Source of the DNA: Eledone cirrhosa
Taxonomy: Eukaryota
Assembly (NCBI GenBank): GCA_964016885.1
Contig: OZ024740.1
Span: forward strand, 282,968,001 to 283,032,000
Reading direction: 5' to 3'
DNA length: 64,000 bases
Part shown: one piece after another, positions 12,086 to 26,547 of the stretch
Numbering within the stretch: position 1 is the first letter of the stretch
Layout of the letters: each line of letters starts with the position of its first letter
Notes under the pieces: model-generated
Seen by the model: only the letters and a program-made list of their open reading frames with translations
Database searches by the model: none
Told to the model about the DNA's origin: nothing
Made by a program: the position numbers and the translations under genes

Positions 12086-13528
12086 GACCCCCCCCCCCCC
12101 CTGCAAGTGTCACTACAAACCCTTTACTCCATTTATCTTCAAACAATCGTCTGTATTCTGATATTGGACCTATCAATTAGTGACAACAGAGAAATGACAA
12201 GACAAACACATTCAATGTTATAAGCATTTAGGTTGACGAAAGGAGAGAATTTATCGATTTAATTTCAGGATATCTCGAGATAATGACGTAGTTTCAATTT
12301 TGCTGTATCTTAATTCTTTCTTAATATTTATTTTTTCTTTTCTAATTAGTATTAACGACAGCAATTAAAGAACTTATGTTTACAAGACGAACGTGCTAAA
12401 TTCATACTTTTTAAAAGTATTGTGAAATTTAATTTAGTTTTTAAGTGTTGTGAAAGTAATTAAATATAAAAACATCGCTGAGATAACAAAATAGACATTA
12501 TTTTAGAATGTAATTTAGCAGTAGAGCTTTGAAACCTGTTAAGAAATAGCGCACATACACACATTATTTACATTATATATGTATATATATGTGTGTGTGT
12601 GTGTATGTGTGTCTTTATGTGTGTGTGTGAATACAATTTTCAGTCAAATAGATATACATAAGTCGATATATGTAGAAAAGAATAGGCGGATCTAATATAT
12701 ATTTATGTTTTTGATTTGTTTTGTTCTGCTTTTTGTTATTATCTTCATTTGTATATCATTATGGCTATAATCTATTTTAAGACCTCAGGAGGCAAAATAT
12801 ACTAATATTACCAGTATTTAAAAGACGGCTAGGCTTTTGTCTAGTAAAACGTGTTATGTAGTTCATCGTTAGTAGTTTCTGACTATCTTTACATAAAAAC
12901 TTCATAGCACGCCAGACTACCGAGAGGAATATTAGTTGCATTCTGTTACTTCCCCTCCGTGTAAGTACCTACCACCAAGTTCATCTAACAATATCACTGT
13001 ATTATGAATGTATATTTATAAGCTTCAGAAAGGAATTCAAGTCTTATTTTTATCCACTGCTGTTATAGAATCGTTCGTTTAGATCATGTTACTGCCATGT
13101 GAATTTTATATGAATGAAACTTGAAATATAAGATTAAAAATAAAATTGTTATAATTAATGCCACGGCATCAACGACCCTCTGCGCTTTAGTTTCCATGAA
13201 TGACAATAAGAAAGAAGACAAAAAGTTAATTCTTTTTCTAGTTAGGCACTTCTTTCATGTGGTATTTTATAGAAATCAGGTCCTAAAAAGCTCAGAAAGA
13301 ACATGGAAGAAGAGTAAAAGAGATGCAAATGGAACATAATCATTGATAAGAAATTTTCTGGACCAAATAATAAACAAAATGATGAGGTTGTTTGCTTGCA
13401 AACCAATCGAATATTAATAATATTATGATATTATTATTATTCGATATAAAACTTACGAATGCATTTACGTATTCGCTATGCTAGAGTGAAAACACACTTT
13501 TTTTCATATACATATGTATATGTATATA

Positions 13529-13641
<113 letters not shown>

Positions 13642-13692
13642 ACGTATATACATGTGTATACAAGAGAGAGACAGCGAGAAAGAGAGAGAGAT

Positions 13693-13799
<107 letters not shown>

Positions 13800-13989
13800 T
13801 TGGCATAAACACAAATATGTATATTTATATATGCATGTATAAAAACGTCAAAATCAAAAGACATCAAACATTTGTAACTGATCAACTAGCTGATCTCAGA
13901 AAAACGTACTAAAGAAATCCGTGAAAAATATTTGTAAATATTATACGAATTCATGGATAGAAAACAGATGCGAAAAAGCCAATAGGAAT

Positions 13990-14660
13990 GATATCAGTAC
14001 CCACAAATGTAAGACTGGATCACAACCAAACACCTCGATTTCAGTCTAGAACAAAGGAAAAAAATACTTCTTACGAATTTCTCAACGAGCCTGTAGCATC
14101 AAAGCTGCTAGACATATATGATAAAGTTAACAGTGTTTCTGATGATGTCAACATTTCACTGGATAATATTTCAGAAGAGGAAATAAAAGAAGGCTTAAAA
14201 ATCCTGGCAAACAATAAGGCTGCCGTGTGGATTTTATTTTTACGGAACATTCAACAGGGTAGACGATCCAAGGGTAAAAGAACTGTTTCATTAATAAATA
14301 TAATATGGAACACTGTAAAAGTCCCTGATGAGTGGAAATGTGGGGCAATTTTGAAACTCCTTAAGAAAGGCAATCTCTATGACTGTGACAAATGGAAAGG
14401 TATCACACTCTTGGTTATGACCAAGAAAATGCTGTGTAGAATGTTATTAAAGTGTTTAGAGAAGCAGATTGACGTTAGACTAAGAGAGGATCACGTAATA
14501 AACAAAATGTTGCCCGACGGAACATTATTAAACAAACATTAGAAACGCAACCCACTAATTATCAACTTTGTAGAATTCAAGAAGGCCTTTGATTGTATAT
14601 TCCAACCCAGTTTAAGGAAAATACTGAGGATATACGGAATCCTACAATAGTACATACAGA
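13990..14660 (+). mobile_element. RTE-like LINE reverse transcriptase fragment
   Basis: EEIKEGLKILANNKAA, IWNTVKVPDEWKCGAILKLLKKGNLYDCDKWKGITLL, NFVEFKKAFD. Confidence 0.85.
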
Positions 14661-15150
14661 TTCTCCAAGAATGATAGACAAATTCATTATGCTGGTCAAG
14701 ACAATGGGTATTACTGCGAACTACTTCGAAATAAACAAGAAAATCTCAAACGCAGGAACTGTAAATAATACATTTAGAAAATCGGGTAAAATACCCTTAT
14801 AGACGGAAAATGTGGCATCAGCTACTACAGTGAATCGAATAATGTACTTTTCAATTTCCGGCGGAGCACCGTGCGTTTAAGATTTTCTACGTTTTCTAAA
14901 AGTGTCAATCCACTCATGATGGTGTTACATCTAAAGATGGTATATGTATCAGTGGTCGTTTAGCACAATAATACAGAAGACTGAGGTTGAATTTGAAAGG
15001 TACAGAGTTTGATTCACTGTAGCGGCTGTCGGCCACTTTTATCCCGTCTATTGGATATACTAAAAATAACATTTATAGTAATTTACTATATCTACAGTTA
15101 TTTTCTTGTGTAAACACACACACAAACACAAACACACACACACACAAACA

Positions 15151-15235
<85 letters not shown>

Positions 15236-15237
<2 letters not shown>

Positions 15238-16429
15238 GAAAAAGTAAGTCCTTCATCCGTCCCAGGCATTTCATCGCTTTAAGGGCCATATACCTCACGT
15301 TGGTGCGAACAACGGCTAAAAAAAGTCGTTGGGACACGTAAATAAAGGGGACGTTAGGGTGAACAAACAAAATGGTTTAAGCAACGGAAAGTGAGAAGAA
15401 AGAGACAAGTCCCAGATTTCTATGAATATAAACTCGGTGAAATCGTGAACAAGAGACAAAAGACCATCAAACCTGGTTGAAATGTGAGCAAGGAAGGAAT
15501 TTCGCACAGGTCTAACGGGGGGAAGAAGAAGGGGTCTGGTCTGCGAATTCGGTAAACGTAAGTTCTGTGAAGTCGCAGACGAGAGAGAGAGAGAGAGAAA
15601 AAAAATTCATACCGGCTTGACCAAGAACGCGCGAGAAAAGAAATCGGAAAGGTCAAGCGGGAAGAAAGAGGAGGAAAGAGGAGGAGGAGAGGTAGTGACA
15701 GAGAATGAGTGAGTGAAAGTTGAGGTGGAGGCTAACAGAGAGAGAGACTGCTAGAAAGGGTAAAGATACAAAGAACGAAACAGACGGGTGGCAGCAGAAG
15801 AAAAAATATGTGTAAATATGATAATAATGGAGCTGCGCGTTGCAAATGGGATACATATGAAAAAGTAAGTCCTTCATCAGTGACCCTCCAACCGTCCCAG
15901 GCATTTCATCGCTTTAAGGGCCATATACCTCAGGTTGCTGCGAACAACGGCTAAAAAAAGTCGTTGGGACACGTAAATAAAGGGGACGTTAGGTTGAACA
16001 AACAAAATGGTTTAAGCAACGGAAAGTGAGAAGAAAGAGACAAGTCCCAGATTTCTATGAATATAAACTCGGTGAAATCGTGAACAAGAGACAAAAGACC
16101 ATCAAACCTGGTTGAAATGTGAGCAAGGAAGGAATTTCGCACAGGTCTAACAGGGGGACAGAACTTACGTCTACCGAATTCGCAGACCAGACCCCTTCTT
16201 GTTCCCCTAACCCTTCTTGTTCCCCTAACCCTTCTTCTCCAGACCCCTTCTTGTTCACCCTAACGTCCCCTTTATTTACGTATCTCAACGACTTTTTTTA
16301 GCCGTTGTTCGCACCAACCTGAGGTATATGGCCCTTAAAGTGATGAAATGCCTGGGACGGTTGGAGGGTCACTGATGAAGGACTTACTTTTTCATATGTA
16401 TCCCATTTGCAACGCGCAGCTCCATTATT

Positions 16430-16436
<7 letters not shown>
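15236..16436. mobile_element. Partial tandem plus inverted element between (TA)n tracts; diverged relative at ~17370-17520
   Basis: 15236-15520 is directly repeated at 15856-16157. 16245-16436 is an inverted copy of 15815-16005. 16160-16200 is an inverted copy of 15527-15568. Confidence 0.8.
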
Positions 16437-16498
<62 letters not shown>

Positions 16499-16553
16499 CA
16501 AGAAATAAGAGTGACATGGTTTGCTATACAATAATAAGGGCTTTATTCACATT

Positions 16554-16659
16554 GTTGACAATTGTCTCTCTGAACTGGTAGGTCTAGAGATCGCTACCCG
16601 CCTGTTTTTGTGTCAATCGATCACCAATACTTTGTTATAACCAGTCAGTTCATCAGAGC
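16554..16659 (-). ncRNA. Family D hammerhead with long stem II (this copy has GAGAC instead of GAAAC)
   Basis: gct-CTGATGA-actgactgg...ccagttcaga-GAGAC-aatt-GTC-aac. Sister copies at ~17095 and ~37057 keep GAAACAATTGTCAGC. Confidence 0.6.
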
Positions 16660-16726
16660 GTGCGAGAATGGAGGGAATACACAGGCATGGCTTCTATATA
16701 TAGTAGTGGCATTAAATCAGAACAAT

Positions 16727-16918
16727 AATAATTGTTTCTACGTTAGGCACAAGGCCAGCAATTACCCAGTGCATTACTGGTACTTTATTTTATCGACCCC
16801 GTAAGGATGAAAGGAAAAGTTAACCCCGGTGGGATTTGAACTCAGAATGGCAAGGGCTGTAACTCTATACGTCAAAGCATGGCGTCCGACCCTCTCCCAA
16901 TACTGCCAATCCACCGCC
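16727..16918 (-). mobile_element. tRNA-derived SINE (main family in the window)
   Basis: Minus strand shows A box TGGCAGTATTGG, B box GAGTTCAAATCC and central domain CCTTTCATCCTTACGGGGTCGATAAAATAAAGTACCAG. Confidence 0.9.
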
Positions 16919-17339
16919 AGAACAATAATAATACTAACAATACTAACAATACTAGCAATTCTACAATAAATTAGCTAGACCGTAAACATTTAAAATAATC
17001 ACAACATCAATCTAAGTACGACATTGTTATAACAAATTATTGGTGATCGATTGACGCAAGAACAGGCGGGTAGCGATCTCTAGACCTACCAGTTCAGAGA
17101 AACAATTGTCAGCAATGTGAATAAAGCCCTTATTGTATAGCAAATCATGTCACTCTTCTTTCTTGATTTATTATTACTCCAAGTGTAAACTACATAGAAA
17201 TCACCGCGTACTCGCAGCATCACTATGGAAACGTCTTGTTGAGTCAAACTTAGCCAAGCGTTAGTACTATCCACGACTCGGAGTACCCTAACTGGACTAC
17301 TTCTAAGTGGACTACCTATAACAATAATTTGTTATCCCG

Positions 17340-17374
<35 letters not shown>

Positions 17375-17849
17375 AAATGGGGAGAAGAATACTGCAGGTT
17401 GCACATGGATAACATGTTATAAAATGAGTCCCTCATCAGTGATTTGCCAACGATCATAGATATTTCATTGCATTAAAAATCATATACCTCACGTTGGTGC
17501 AATAATAACTAAATTAAGTTACTAGGACAATTAAAACGCGTAAAGCGAGTGAGACAAGTAACAACAAAGAGGAAAGCTAACCGTAGATAGGAAGGGCACA
17601 AGCTACATAGTTATTCTGTCAGCATAAGCTGGGTGAATATATGAGCGCGTAGAAAAAAGACCTTTCGAGATGAATCCAAATGTAAGAAAGAAGGAAATTG
17701 TTTTCGTCGCGAACGGGGTGAAGTGAGAAGGGGAGAAACAGTGAGTGAGTGAGTGGAAGTGTGAGGAAGAGGTCAGTAGAGAGAAAGTGTTAACTGACAT
17801 GACAGAGGGGGCGAAAGAAAGTAAGAGAAACAGAGAGAACGGGGGAGCA

Positions 17850-17893
<44 letters not shown>

Positions 17894-18359
17894 GGTGACA
17901 GCCCACAGCAGATGGTTGTAATAAAAATAAAAAAAAGCAGGTGTTTGCAGCATATACTTGAAAATAGCTTTGATTCATAGAAACTAGGACGGTTTCTGAC
18001 AATTTAGTACGAAATGGGTTAATATCTGCTTAATAATGAAATGGTATGGTTGAGGTTCCTAGCTGAAGAAAACCAATGTAAGAATAGTTTTGCGCCATTT
18101 TCGCAAATCCCCCTAAAAAAAAAAGAAAGCCGTTGTGATAAACGTTCATTTAGATTTAGAAATGTACAAAAATCCCCCACCTCGCCTCAAACCAACACAA
18201 AATCCATTACATTGTATAGACAAAAAAAAAATATATATATATATATATGGAAATTAGGCTTATTTATTTACAGCTATTATATATATATATATATAATATA
18301 AATATTTACACATACACCAATTAAACAAAGTCAGAGATATATATATGTGTTTTTGCAAC

Positions 18360-18679
18360 TTTTCATGATGTAGCTCAATGGAGAATTAATAAATCAATCA
18401 GAGCGAAATACTATAGAGTAAAGCATGTCCAGAGAATTATTTGATAATATATATATATTTAATTAATATCCACGTGCTGTTGAAATGTTGGGTAAATACT
18501 CTATAACGGTTGCACGCGAAGACGCCGCAATGGCGTATTTATTTACTGTTTCTTCATAGATGCCTTTTATTCTTATAGCCTGGTCTAATTGATTTTTTGT
18601 GTGGTTAATTATGCTGATTGGGAGTAGAGATGATGTATATATATTATCAAATAATTCTCTGGACATGCGTTACTCTATA

Positions 18680-18683
<4 letters not shown>
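18360..18683. repeat. Element with ~45 bp inverted ends; related to 61260-62005
   Basis: atactatagagtaaagcatgtccagagaattatttgataat (~18408-18450) and its reverse complement (~18640-18683). Shares ggttaattatgctgatt with ~61925. Confidence 0.6.
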
Positions 18684-18751
<68 letters not shown>

Positions 18752-19527
18752 ATGTGTGTGTGTGTTTAGTTGAGTTTCCATTTTCACTTTAGTTTATAAA
18801 CGCCAGCTATTCTTCATGCGTGTTTAACAAACTGTCCTCACCATTTTCTCAATCTTATCTATGCTATCAGTGACATTGAAGATGTTCGCTTGCTTAACCA
18901 TTTCCATTTTCAGAGATGGTAATAAAATTTAACGGAGACTAACCTTTTCGAATTCTCCAATTCTTCAAAGACTCCAATAACCAAGAAGCACGCAACTATG
19001 GAAACAACATCCATTCAAGCGCGAAAAAATATTTATTCACGCAATGTAGGTACTTCTTTGTATCATATTTTGTATAGCTCTCCTTCATACGTCTTTCTTT
19101 CTTGCTTGCTTACTTTCTGACTTTCTTTCTCTCTTTCCTCCTTTCTGCCTATTTTTCTCTCTATCAATCTAGGTCTGTCATAGACTCTCTATTCTTGCAT
19201 TCTACGTGCCACCCTCCTGGGTCTGTCATAGACTTTCTCTCTATTCTTGCATCCTACATCCCGCCCTCTGTCTCTTTCCTCTCTCTGTCGCTGTCTTTAT
19301 ATTTTTCTTTACATCTATCTTTTTTTTTAATATTTATGTTGCCTTCTATTACTCTCCACACTTCACTGCCTGTGTTTCTCAGTCCCCTCTTTGCTTACTC
19401 TTGCTCTCTCTTTTTCTCTCTTTACTACTCTTTCTATATTCTTGTTTATCTATATTGTTTTCTTTGTTTTTTTTCCTCCTTCCACTCTCTTTCGTTCACT
19501 ATGTTTGTCTCACTCTCTTCACTTTCC

Positions 19528-19600
<73 letters not shown>

Positions 19601-20449
19601 CACACGTTCAGTATTCTTTTCTTTCTCTCTTTCTTTCATTCATTCATACATTCATTCCGTCTTTCCTTCATTTATTCATACATTCAATCCGTCTTTCCTT
19701 TATTTATTCATACATTCAATCCGTCTTTCATTCTCCCTCTCTATTTTACACTCTATCATTCCTTGTCTCACCATATACACCTTCCATTATTGTTCCCTCA
19801 TTTCTTCTCCCCTTCCATCATACATACACACAGACGCACAGACAAATACATACACACACATACACACCCACATACACATACTTATAAATGGCTACACACA
19901 CATACTACATTACCTGTCCAATACATAGGGGCACCTCCACGACACAATGATAACGATATATTTACATTTTTCTATGTGCATTAACATATAACCATATAAA
20001 TCAACATTTCGCTTGCGGTTTTCACTTCATTACTTCCCAATCTTTCTTTGAAACTATGGCGTAGCCAGAACTTTCAACTATCAGAAAGAAAGACACTTTT
20101 GTTTCCCACCACCGATATAATTAATACATATGATATACCCATCGATATTCCTATCTTTAAAGCTTATGTCATCTTTTCAAACTGTAATGGTCTAGTGGTT
20201 AGGGTCACATACATGAGCGTGTGTCCGTGAAACATATACACATACACAAGGTCTGAACACAAAAGAACCAAACACCCTCTCTCACTGAATCTATCTCTCC
20301 TGCTCTACCCATCTCTCACTATTTTGAGCAAGTGGGGTCCACATGCATGCCTCCCCGTGGTCCGGCAGACACAATGGAGGAAGAGCCATTCCAGCTCGTT
20401 TGCGGCTCTTCACATTGCGTTCGCTGGTAACTGCTTCTCTTCGCATTTC

Positions 20450-20690
20450 CTTTGCTTCCCCTCAGGCTAAAATATGATCTGTGTATGCGTGTATCACAGT
20501 TTGCGAGATACAGTTGACTTTTATTTTGACGTTCTAATGCTGGATACAGACCGTGGAATGGCATTTCTTTCCATTTCTTTCTGATCGGTGCTATTGTGTT
20601 TTGTAGCTGCTGTAGCTGTTGTCGTGCTTTGAGGCAAATCATGCATCATATGCCATATCATTTGATTGGTGATGTAACGCTTCTTAAGAA
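20450..20690 (-). mobile_element. Degenerate RLE-type (R4/NeSL-like) LINE fragment
   Basis: WKEMPFHGLYP resembles the WK.K.LHG+Y motif. Confidence 0.4.
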
Positions 20691-20695
20691 TCGAG

Positions 20696-21300
20696 TGTAA
20701 ATATATAATTGTTTCTACTTTAGGCACAAGGCCAGCAATTAGCCAGTGCATTACTGGTACTTTATTTTATCGACCCCGTAAGGATGAAAGGCAAAGTCAA
20801 CCTCGGCGGGATTTGAACTCAGATCGTAAAGGGACGTAAATATGCTGGAAAGCATGGCGTCCGACCCTCCACCGATACTGCCAATCCACCGCCCTAAATG
20901 TAAATATATAATTGTTTCTACTTTAGGCACAAGGCCAGCAAATTACCCAGTGCATTACTGGTACTTTATTTTATCGACCCCGTAAGGATGAAAGGCAAAG
21001 TCAACCTCGGCGGGATTTGAACTCAGATCGTAAAGGGACGTAAATATGCTGGAAAGCATGGCGTCCGACCCTCCACCGATACTGCCAATCCACCGCCCTA
21101 AATGTAAATATATAATTGTTTCTACTTTAGGCACAAGGCCAGCAAATTAACCAGTGCATTACTGGTACTTTATTTTATCGACCCCGTAAGGATGAAAGGC
21201 AAAGTCAACCTCGGCGGGATTTGAACTCAGATCATAAAGGGACGTAACTATGCTGGAAAGCATGGCGTCCGACCCTCTACTGATACTACCAATCCACCCC
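20696..21300 (-). mobile_element. Three head-to-tail SINE copies (~203 bp period) separated by the repeated target sequence tgtaaatatataat
   Basis: Unit starts at 20708, 20911 and 21115. A and B boxes are on the minus strand. Confidence 0.93.
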
Positions 21301-21332
21301 TTGTAAATATATAATATTTACAAGGGGTGGAT

Positions 21333-21465
21333 TTAGTTTGAGTGCTGACTTCATTAATGGCAGATTGTAAGCCATGTTTAGGAAAATAGAATGCCACGTA
21401 TCATACACATACACAAGCATAATTCCCTTTCTCATAGCCACACAACAATACCCACACACATATTT
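21333..21465 (+). repeat. ~130 bp near-identical duplicate of 22266-22395
   Basis: tagtttgagtgctgacttcattaatggcag...cccacacacatat is present at both loci. Confidence 0.9.
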
Positions 21466-21921
21466 ACTAAATGTAAATATATAATATTTGGTTATAACAG
21501 GCGCTACCGGTAGGATAGACAAGTTTACAATGGTTCATCTGAAGTTGTAATACAAATATCAAAAACTAATTTGACGAAACTATTTGCAGACTTAATCGAT
21601 TTTTATTCCGTATTTGCTAAAGAAAATCGTGGAATACAGGATTTGAAAACGTTCAGGATTTTTTCAATGAGGATAGTAACGAGATTTCCTTTTGATATTT
21701 ATAAGCTAGGTTGCCCAACGTGGTTTTCCATTTTATAAGATAGTAGGCAACAATTATATAAGTGAGATTTACGTATGATGAAGATATGTTGCTGTTTTTA
21801 TTGAGTTAGTAATTCCCCCCACCCCCAATTTATTAAACAAGCTTGATAAGCCAAAGAATATTTATCGTTCCTTCATACGACTGCCCTTTACTACACTTTG
21901 GCTTTCAACACACACAAATAT

Positions 21922-22008
<87 letters not shown>

Positions 22009-22188
22009 TACATACACACACACACATACACATACACACACGTCTATACCTTGCCACCAACAGGATTGACAAATCTATATTTAGTTTGATAGCTGGCTTT
22101 CATTACTTGCAAAGTCTAAGCCTAGTGTAGGAAAATAAAATGTGTGACATATATATATTTCACACATACACACCCTCACACGTGCACG

Positions 22189-22231
<43 letters not shown>

Positions 22232-22880
22232 TTGTTGTCACCTACAGAAGTGACAAATCTATATTTAGTTTGAGTGCTGACTTCATTAATGGCAGATTGT
22301 AAGCCATGTTTAGGAAAATACAATGCCACGTATCATACACATACACAAGCATAATTCCCTTTCTCATAGCCACACAACAATACCCACACACATATATACG
22401 GTATCAAATTCGCTGACTCATGATAGCGAAGGATGAGATATTTTGCGTTATTTGTTCAGGCTCTTTGAGATCTGAATTCACACTGCTCAGTAACCAACTT
22501 TGCCTTACATCACTTCGGCGCTGTTAAAATATACTACAAGATCAAAGTTGAATTGTTAGATTATCGGGCCGGATACCTTGTAAGTGTTCAACCTCTTAAC
22601 ATTTTGAGTAATTGGGTGTCGTACAAAGTCCGTCACCTGGTGTAACACCTTTTAGTTTTTAGCTGCCTTTAGTGGATGCCACTTTGTTATAATTAACCAT
22701 TTCATGTCTAACGCTCTCCTTTCCAGTCATACAGACACTTAACAGGTAAAACGCAATGGAAAACGTTCTCTCCTTCTTGACTAAACGAGACGAAAAATAA
22801 CATAAACATGCACATATTTACTAGCTTTGAAGTTGTACTTGCACACTGGAAATTCAGTTTCCTGATGCTTTCTATTATTT

Positions 22881-22929
<49 letters not shown>

Positions 22930-24225
22930 TCTATTCTCTTATAAGTTGAGCCAGCTTATCCAGCTTCATATGCAATTGAGATTAATCACCTCATTTACAC
23001 AGATGAGAAAACTATATATTCTCGCCTGTTTTCAAAGTCCAGCAGTTGCAAGAGCGGGTGATAGTCCTAATGAGAAGCAGTTCAGTTCGAAATGCACCGA
23101 GGATTGTCCTTCTTCCTTCCTTTTGCTGGACACTGTCAGGTGTCGGTAGCTACCGGTGCTTTTGCATAGCTACGGCTTCCTAAATATTTTATTTATAAAC
23201 ATACCGTATTTCTTTAGAAATACGAAATTCCAATATACACATACATAAACTGCAGGGGGTTGAGATCTGAAGGGCATCATTTGTGACCTGTTCATTCTCA
23301 TACATTCTTTTTCCTTCTTCCTATCTTCTCTTCCTTCGAGTCAACTCATATCACGCCACTGATCTCTGTCCGTCGAGGTAATATTTTACCCAACGCCGCT
23401 TCGACGGTATTTTGCTGTTCTAACAGCTTCCATAAGCTAATTATTCCCATCTCATTGAAAATCCTAATACACTCGCGTCTCAAAACTCTATTTGCGAGTT
23501 AATTTGTTTATATATATACATATATATACACACATTTATGTCAGGTCACCAGTTGGTGCTACTGGTAACATGTATCCCAGTATAACCTGTCTCATGGTCG
23601 GGTCGATGGCGAATAAACTGGCAACCCCACCAAGGTTTCTTGGTGAGGAGGGTGACTTTGGACATCGTGCAGGACTAAAAATAAACCTGTCAAAGGGCAA
23701 AGGGCAAAGGAGCTCTTAAGAGTCAATGGCCATCCAAAATCACCGGGAGAGATGAGACCTTAGCCTTTGTCAAGGCAGAATTCTAGGAGGAGGAAAACTC
23801 TGATATAACACCTGCAACCCTGATGGTATCCAATGATGTTGACTTGTTCTTCTTTTTGGTAAATATCATCTTGGTTAAGAGAGTGGGACTGGCTTTGTGC
23901 AGTGTTTTTGCTCACTATAAAAGCTTCACGGCACAGGCATTGCTTTATATCTGGAGATCTCTCTCTGCACCTGTCATCACATGGTACCATGGGCCCAGCA
24001 CTATGTGTCAATAATTGTCACAAGTGTAGTGTTTTTACCAGAGTTTTCAAGTGACTGGCTGGACTAAAAAGTCACACTCGTTCAGCGCATCGGTAGGGGT
24101 TCTCTTACATGGATATAAAGTAGTGGCCGTACTCGAAAACGAGTTGGCAGCCACCATAAACACACACACACACAAACATATATATATATATATATATACA
24201 TACACACACACATATATATATATAT

Positions 24226-24285
<60 letters not shown>

Positions 24286-24306
24286 TTGTGTGATGTGTGT
24301 GGTGTT

Positions 24307-24367
<61 letters not shown>

Positions 24368-24902
24368 AGAATATAGCTACTCCATTACCAAAGGTTTCTG
24401 GATTCCAGACAATATTAATATACGTCTTGAAAGGAGATTTAAAATCTGTTAAAAATTGAAAGTGAGGCTCGAAAAATAAGGGGAATATACATACGAGATA
24501 ATATATAAAAAAGAAGGCTAAGAAAAATAATATATAAAAATATATAGCAATATAAAAAGACATATGTGTATACACACACATGTACACACATTCAGATATA
24601 AGTAATATATATATGTATATATACATACATGAATATATATACACAAACATACATGTACACGGACATACACATATACACACACACAGACACACAAATACAT
24701 ATACAGGCATATACATATACACACATATACACACACGTATATTATATATATATATATACATGTATACATACATATATTCATACATGTGTATATACGTTAA
24801 GGCAGCGAGCTCATAAGTAAAAAAATGCTATAACAAATGCACGTGCAAATACATATATATACACATGGTATAGACACAAGCGTATAAACACACTAGTTAC
24901 AA

Positions 24903-25022
<120 letters not shown>

Positions 25023-25072
25023 CTACGCATATACGTACATACAAACATATACACATAGACGCATATACACAC

Positions 25073-25171
<99 letters not shown>

Positions 25172-25318
25172 CACATACATATACACACATGTATATGAAC
25201 GTTAAGGCTGATATATGACGTATATTAATATTGTCTTGGATCCACAAGTCTTTGGTAATGGTAGCTCTGTTCTACACATAGAGCACTCTTTTTTCCTTTG
25301 CTTTTCCTTCGGAATTAC

Positions 25319-25374
<56 letters not shown>

Positions 25375-25713
25375 TATAATTAGTTACTGGGCCTCCATCA
25401 TTTCTGTCGACGAATGCGACAGATTATTTAATCAACGAAACACGTGTCATGTGAAATTAACGTGAAAGTCGTTGAGCATTGCAGACGCATTTAAATTAGT
25501 TCTCAATGAGATTCGGCGTGACACTTCGTGAAAAATGTGGCCTTTTGAATTACAGGTAAAACTTATTTTTTGCTAAAATATCTTGCCCGTCTATGAAACG
25601 AACTCACGACAATACGAACACAATGAGAAGACACCTATCACGAAGTCATGCGCTTTTGCTATCTCTATCTCCTTCCTCCTCCTCTCTCAGTCTCTCCCTC
25701 TCCCCTCTCTCTG

Positions 25714-25755
<42 letters not shown>

Positions 25756-26547
25756 TGCGCGCTCACACACACACAACACACAAACCAACGTTATAATTCT
25801 ATTCAAAATTATAAATCATATAACAAGCTTATTGGGAAATGTAACCCAGTTGGAAAATTGAAACAGTATTGTGCCCAATTTACATATCTGAGACTTGAAT
25901 ATACAATTAGCTAATTTGCATGTTTGATTCGATATTGAACCGGTTGTTGTTTTAAAAGATACACCTCAGTACGTGTAACCATCATTCGTTGGTTTACTAA
26001 ATAATTTGCGTGCTATAAAATTTGAAACATTTCATTTACATTTATTAAATAGCTGGAGCTAGTCATTTTGTTCGAAGACATCTACATTTTAAGAGAGAAT
26101 CTTCACGTCAAACTTCATTTTCAAGTGCTTGTATACAAATATGCAGTCAATTACATTTTTTAAACCGTAAACGTAAGAAATATGGGATGTACATTTTACG
26201 CAACAAAATAGGAGTGCAAAATCCCTCACACTCAAATACATGATGTTCCACGTCATCCAACGTATATACACATTTAAACAGCCAGGTTTCATTTTATAGT
26301 TGGTTTCGCTTTACCTTAATAGAAATTTAAATCAACCTGACTCCCAACACGTTGTCTAATACACATAAAATCGTTAAAATGCGACATATTTTTTACGTGC
26401 TCTTTAGTGTGGAAAAGCTTGCCAAATTGAGAGTAGATTTCACGTGTTACAAAATAGATAGGAGGAATAGAGAGGAATCATATACGGAGGAAATAAGAAA
26501 CTAATAGATGGAATCAAGTAGGAATCCAATTTAATTCCATTTGCGGG

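Larger units (their letters stand above)
16494..17171. mobile_element. Inverted pair of a hammerhead-bearing element (family D) enclosing a SINE
   Basis: 16494-16641 is the reverse complement of 17026-17171. Third copy at 36962-37130. Confidence 0.8.

Noticed and set aside
18914-19049. Possible exon (ttttcag acceptor, ATG METTSIQARKNIYSRNV, gtactt donor)
   Set aside because: Too short, no homology recognised and no linked exons established; needs RNA-seq.
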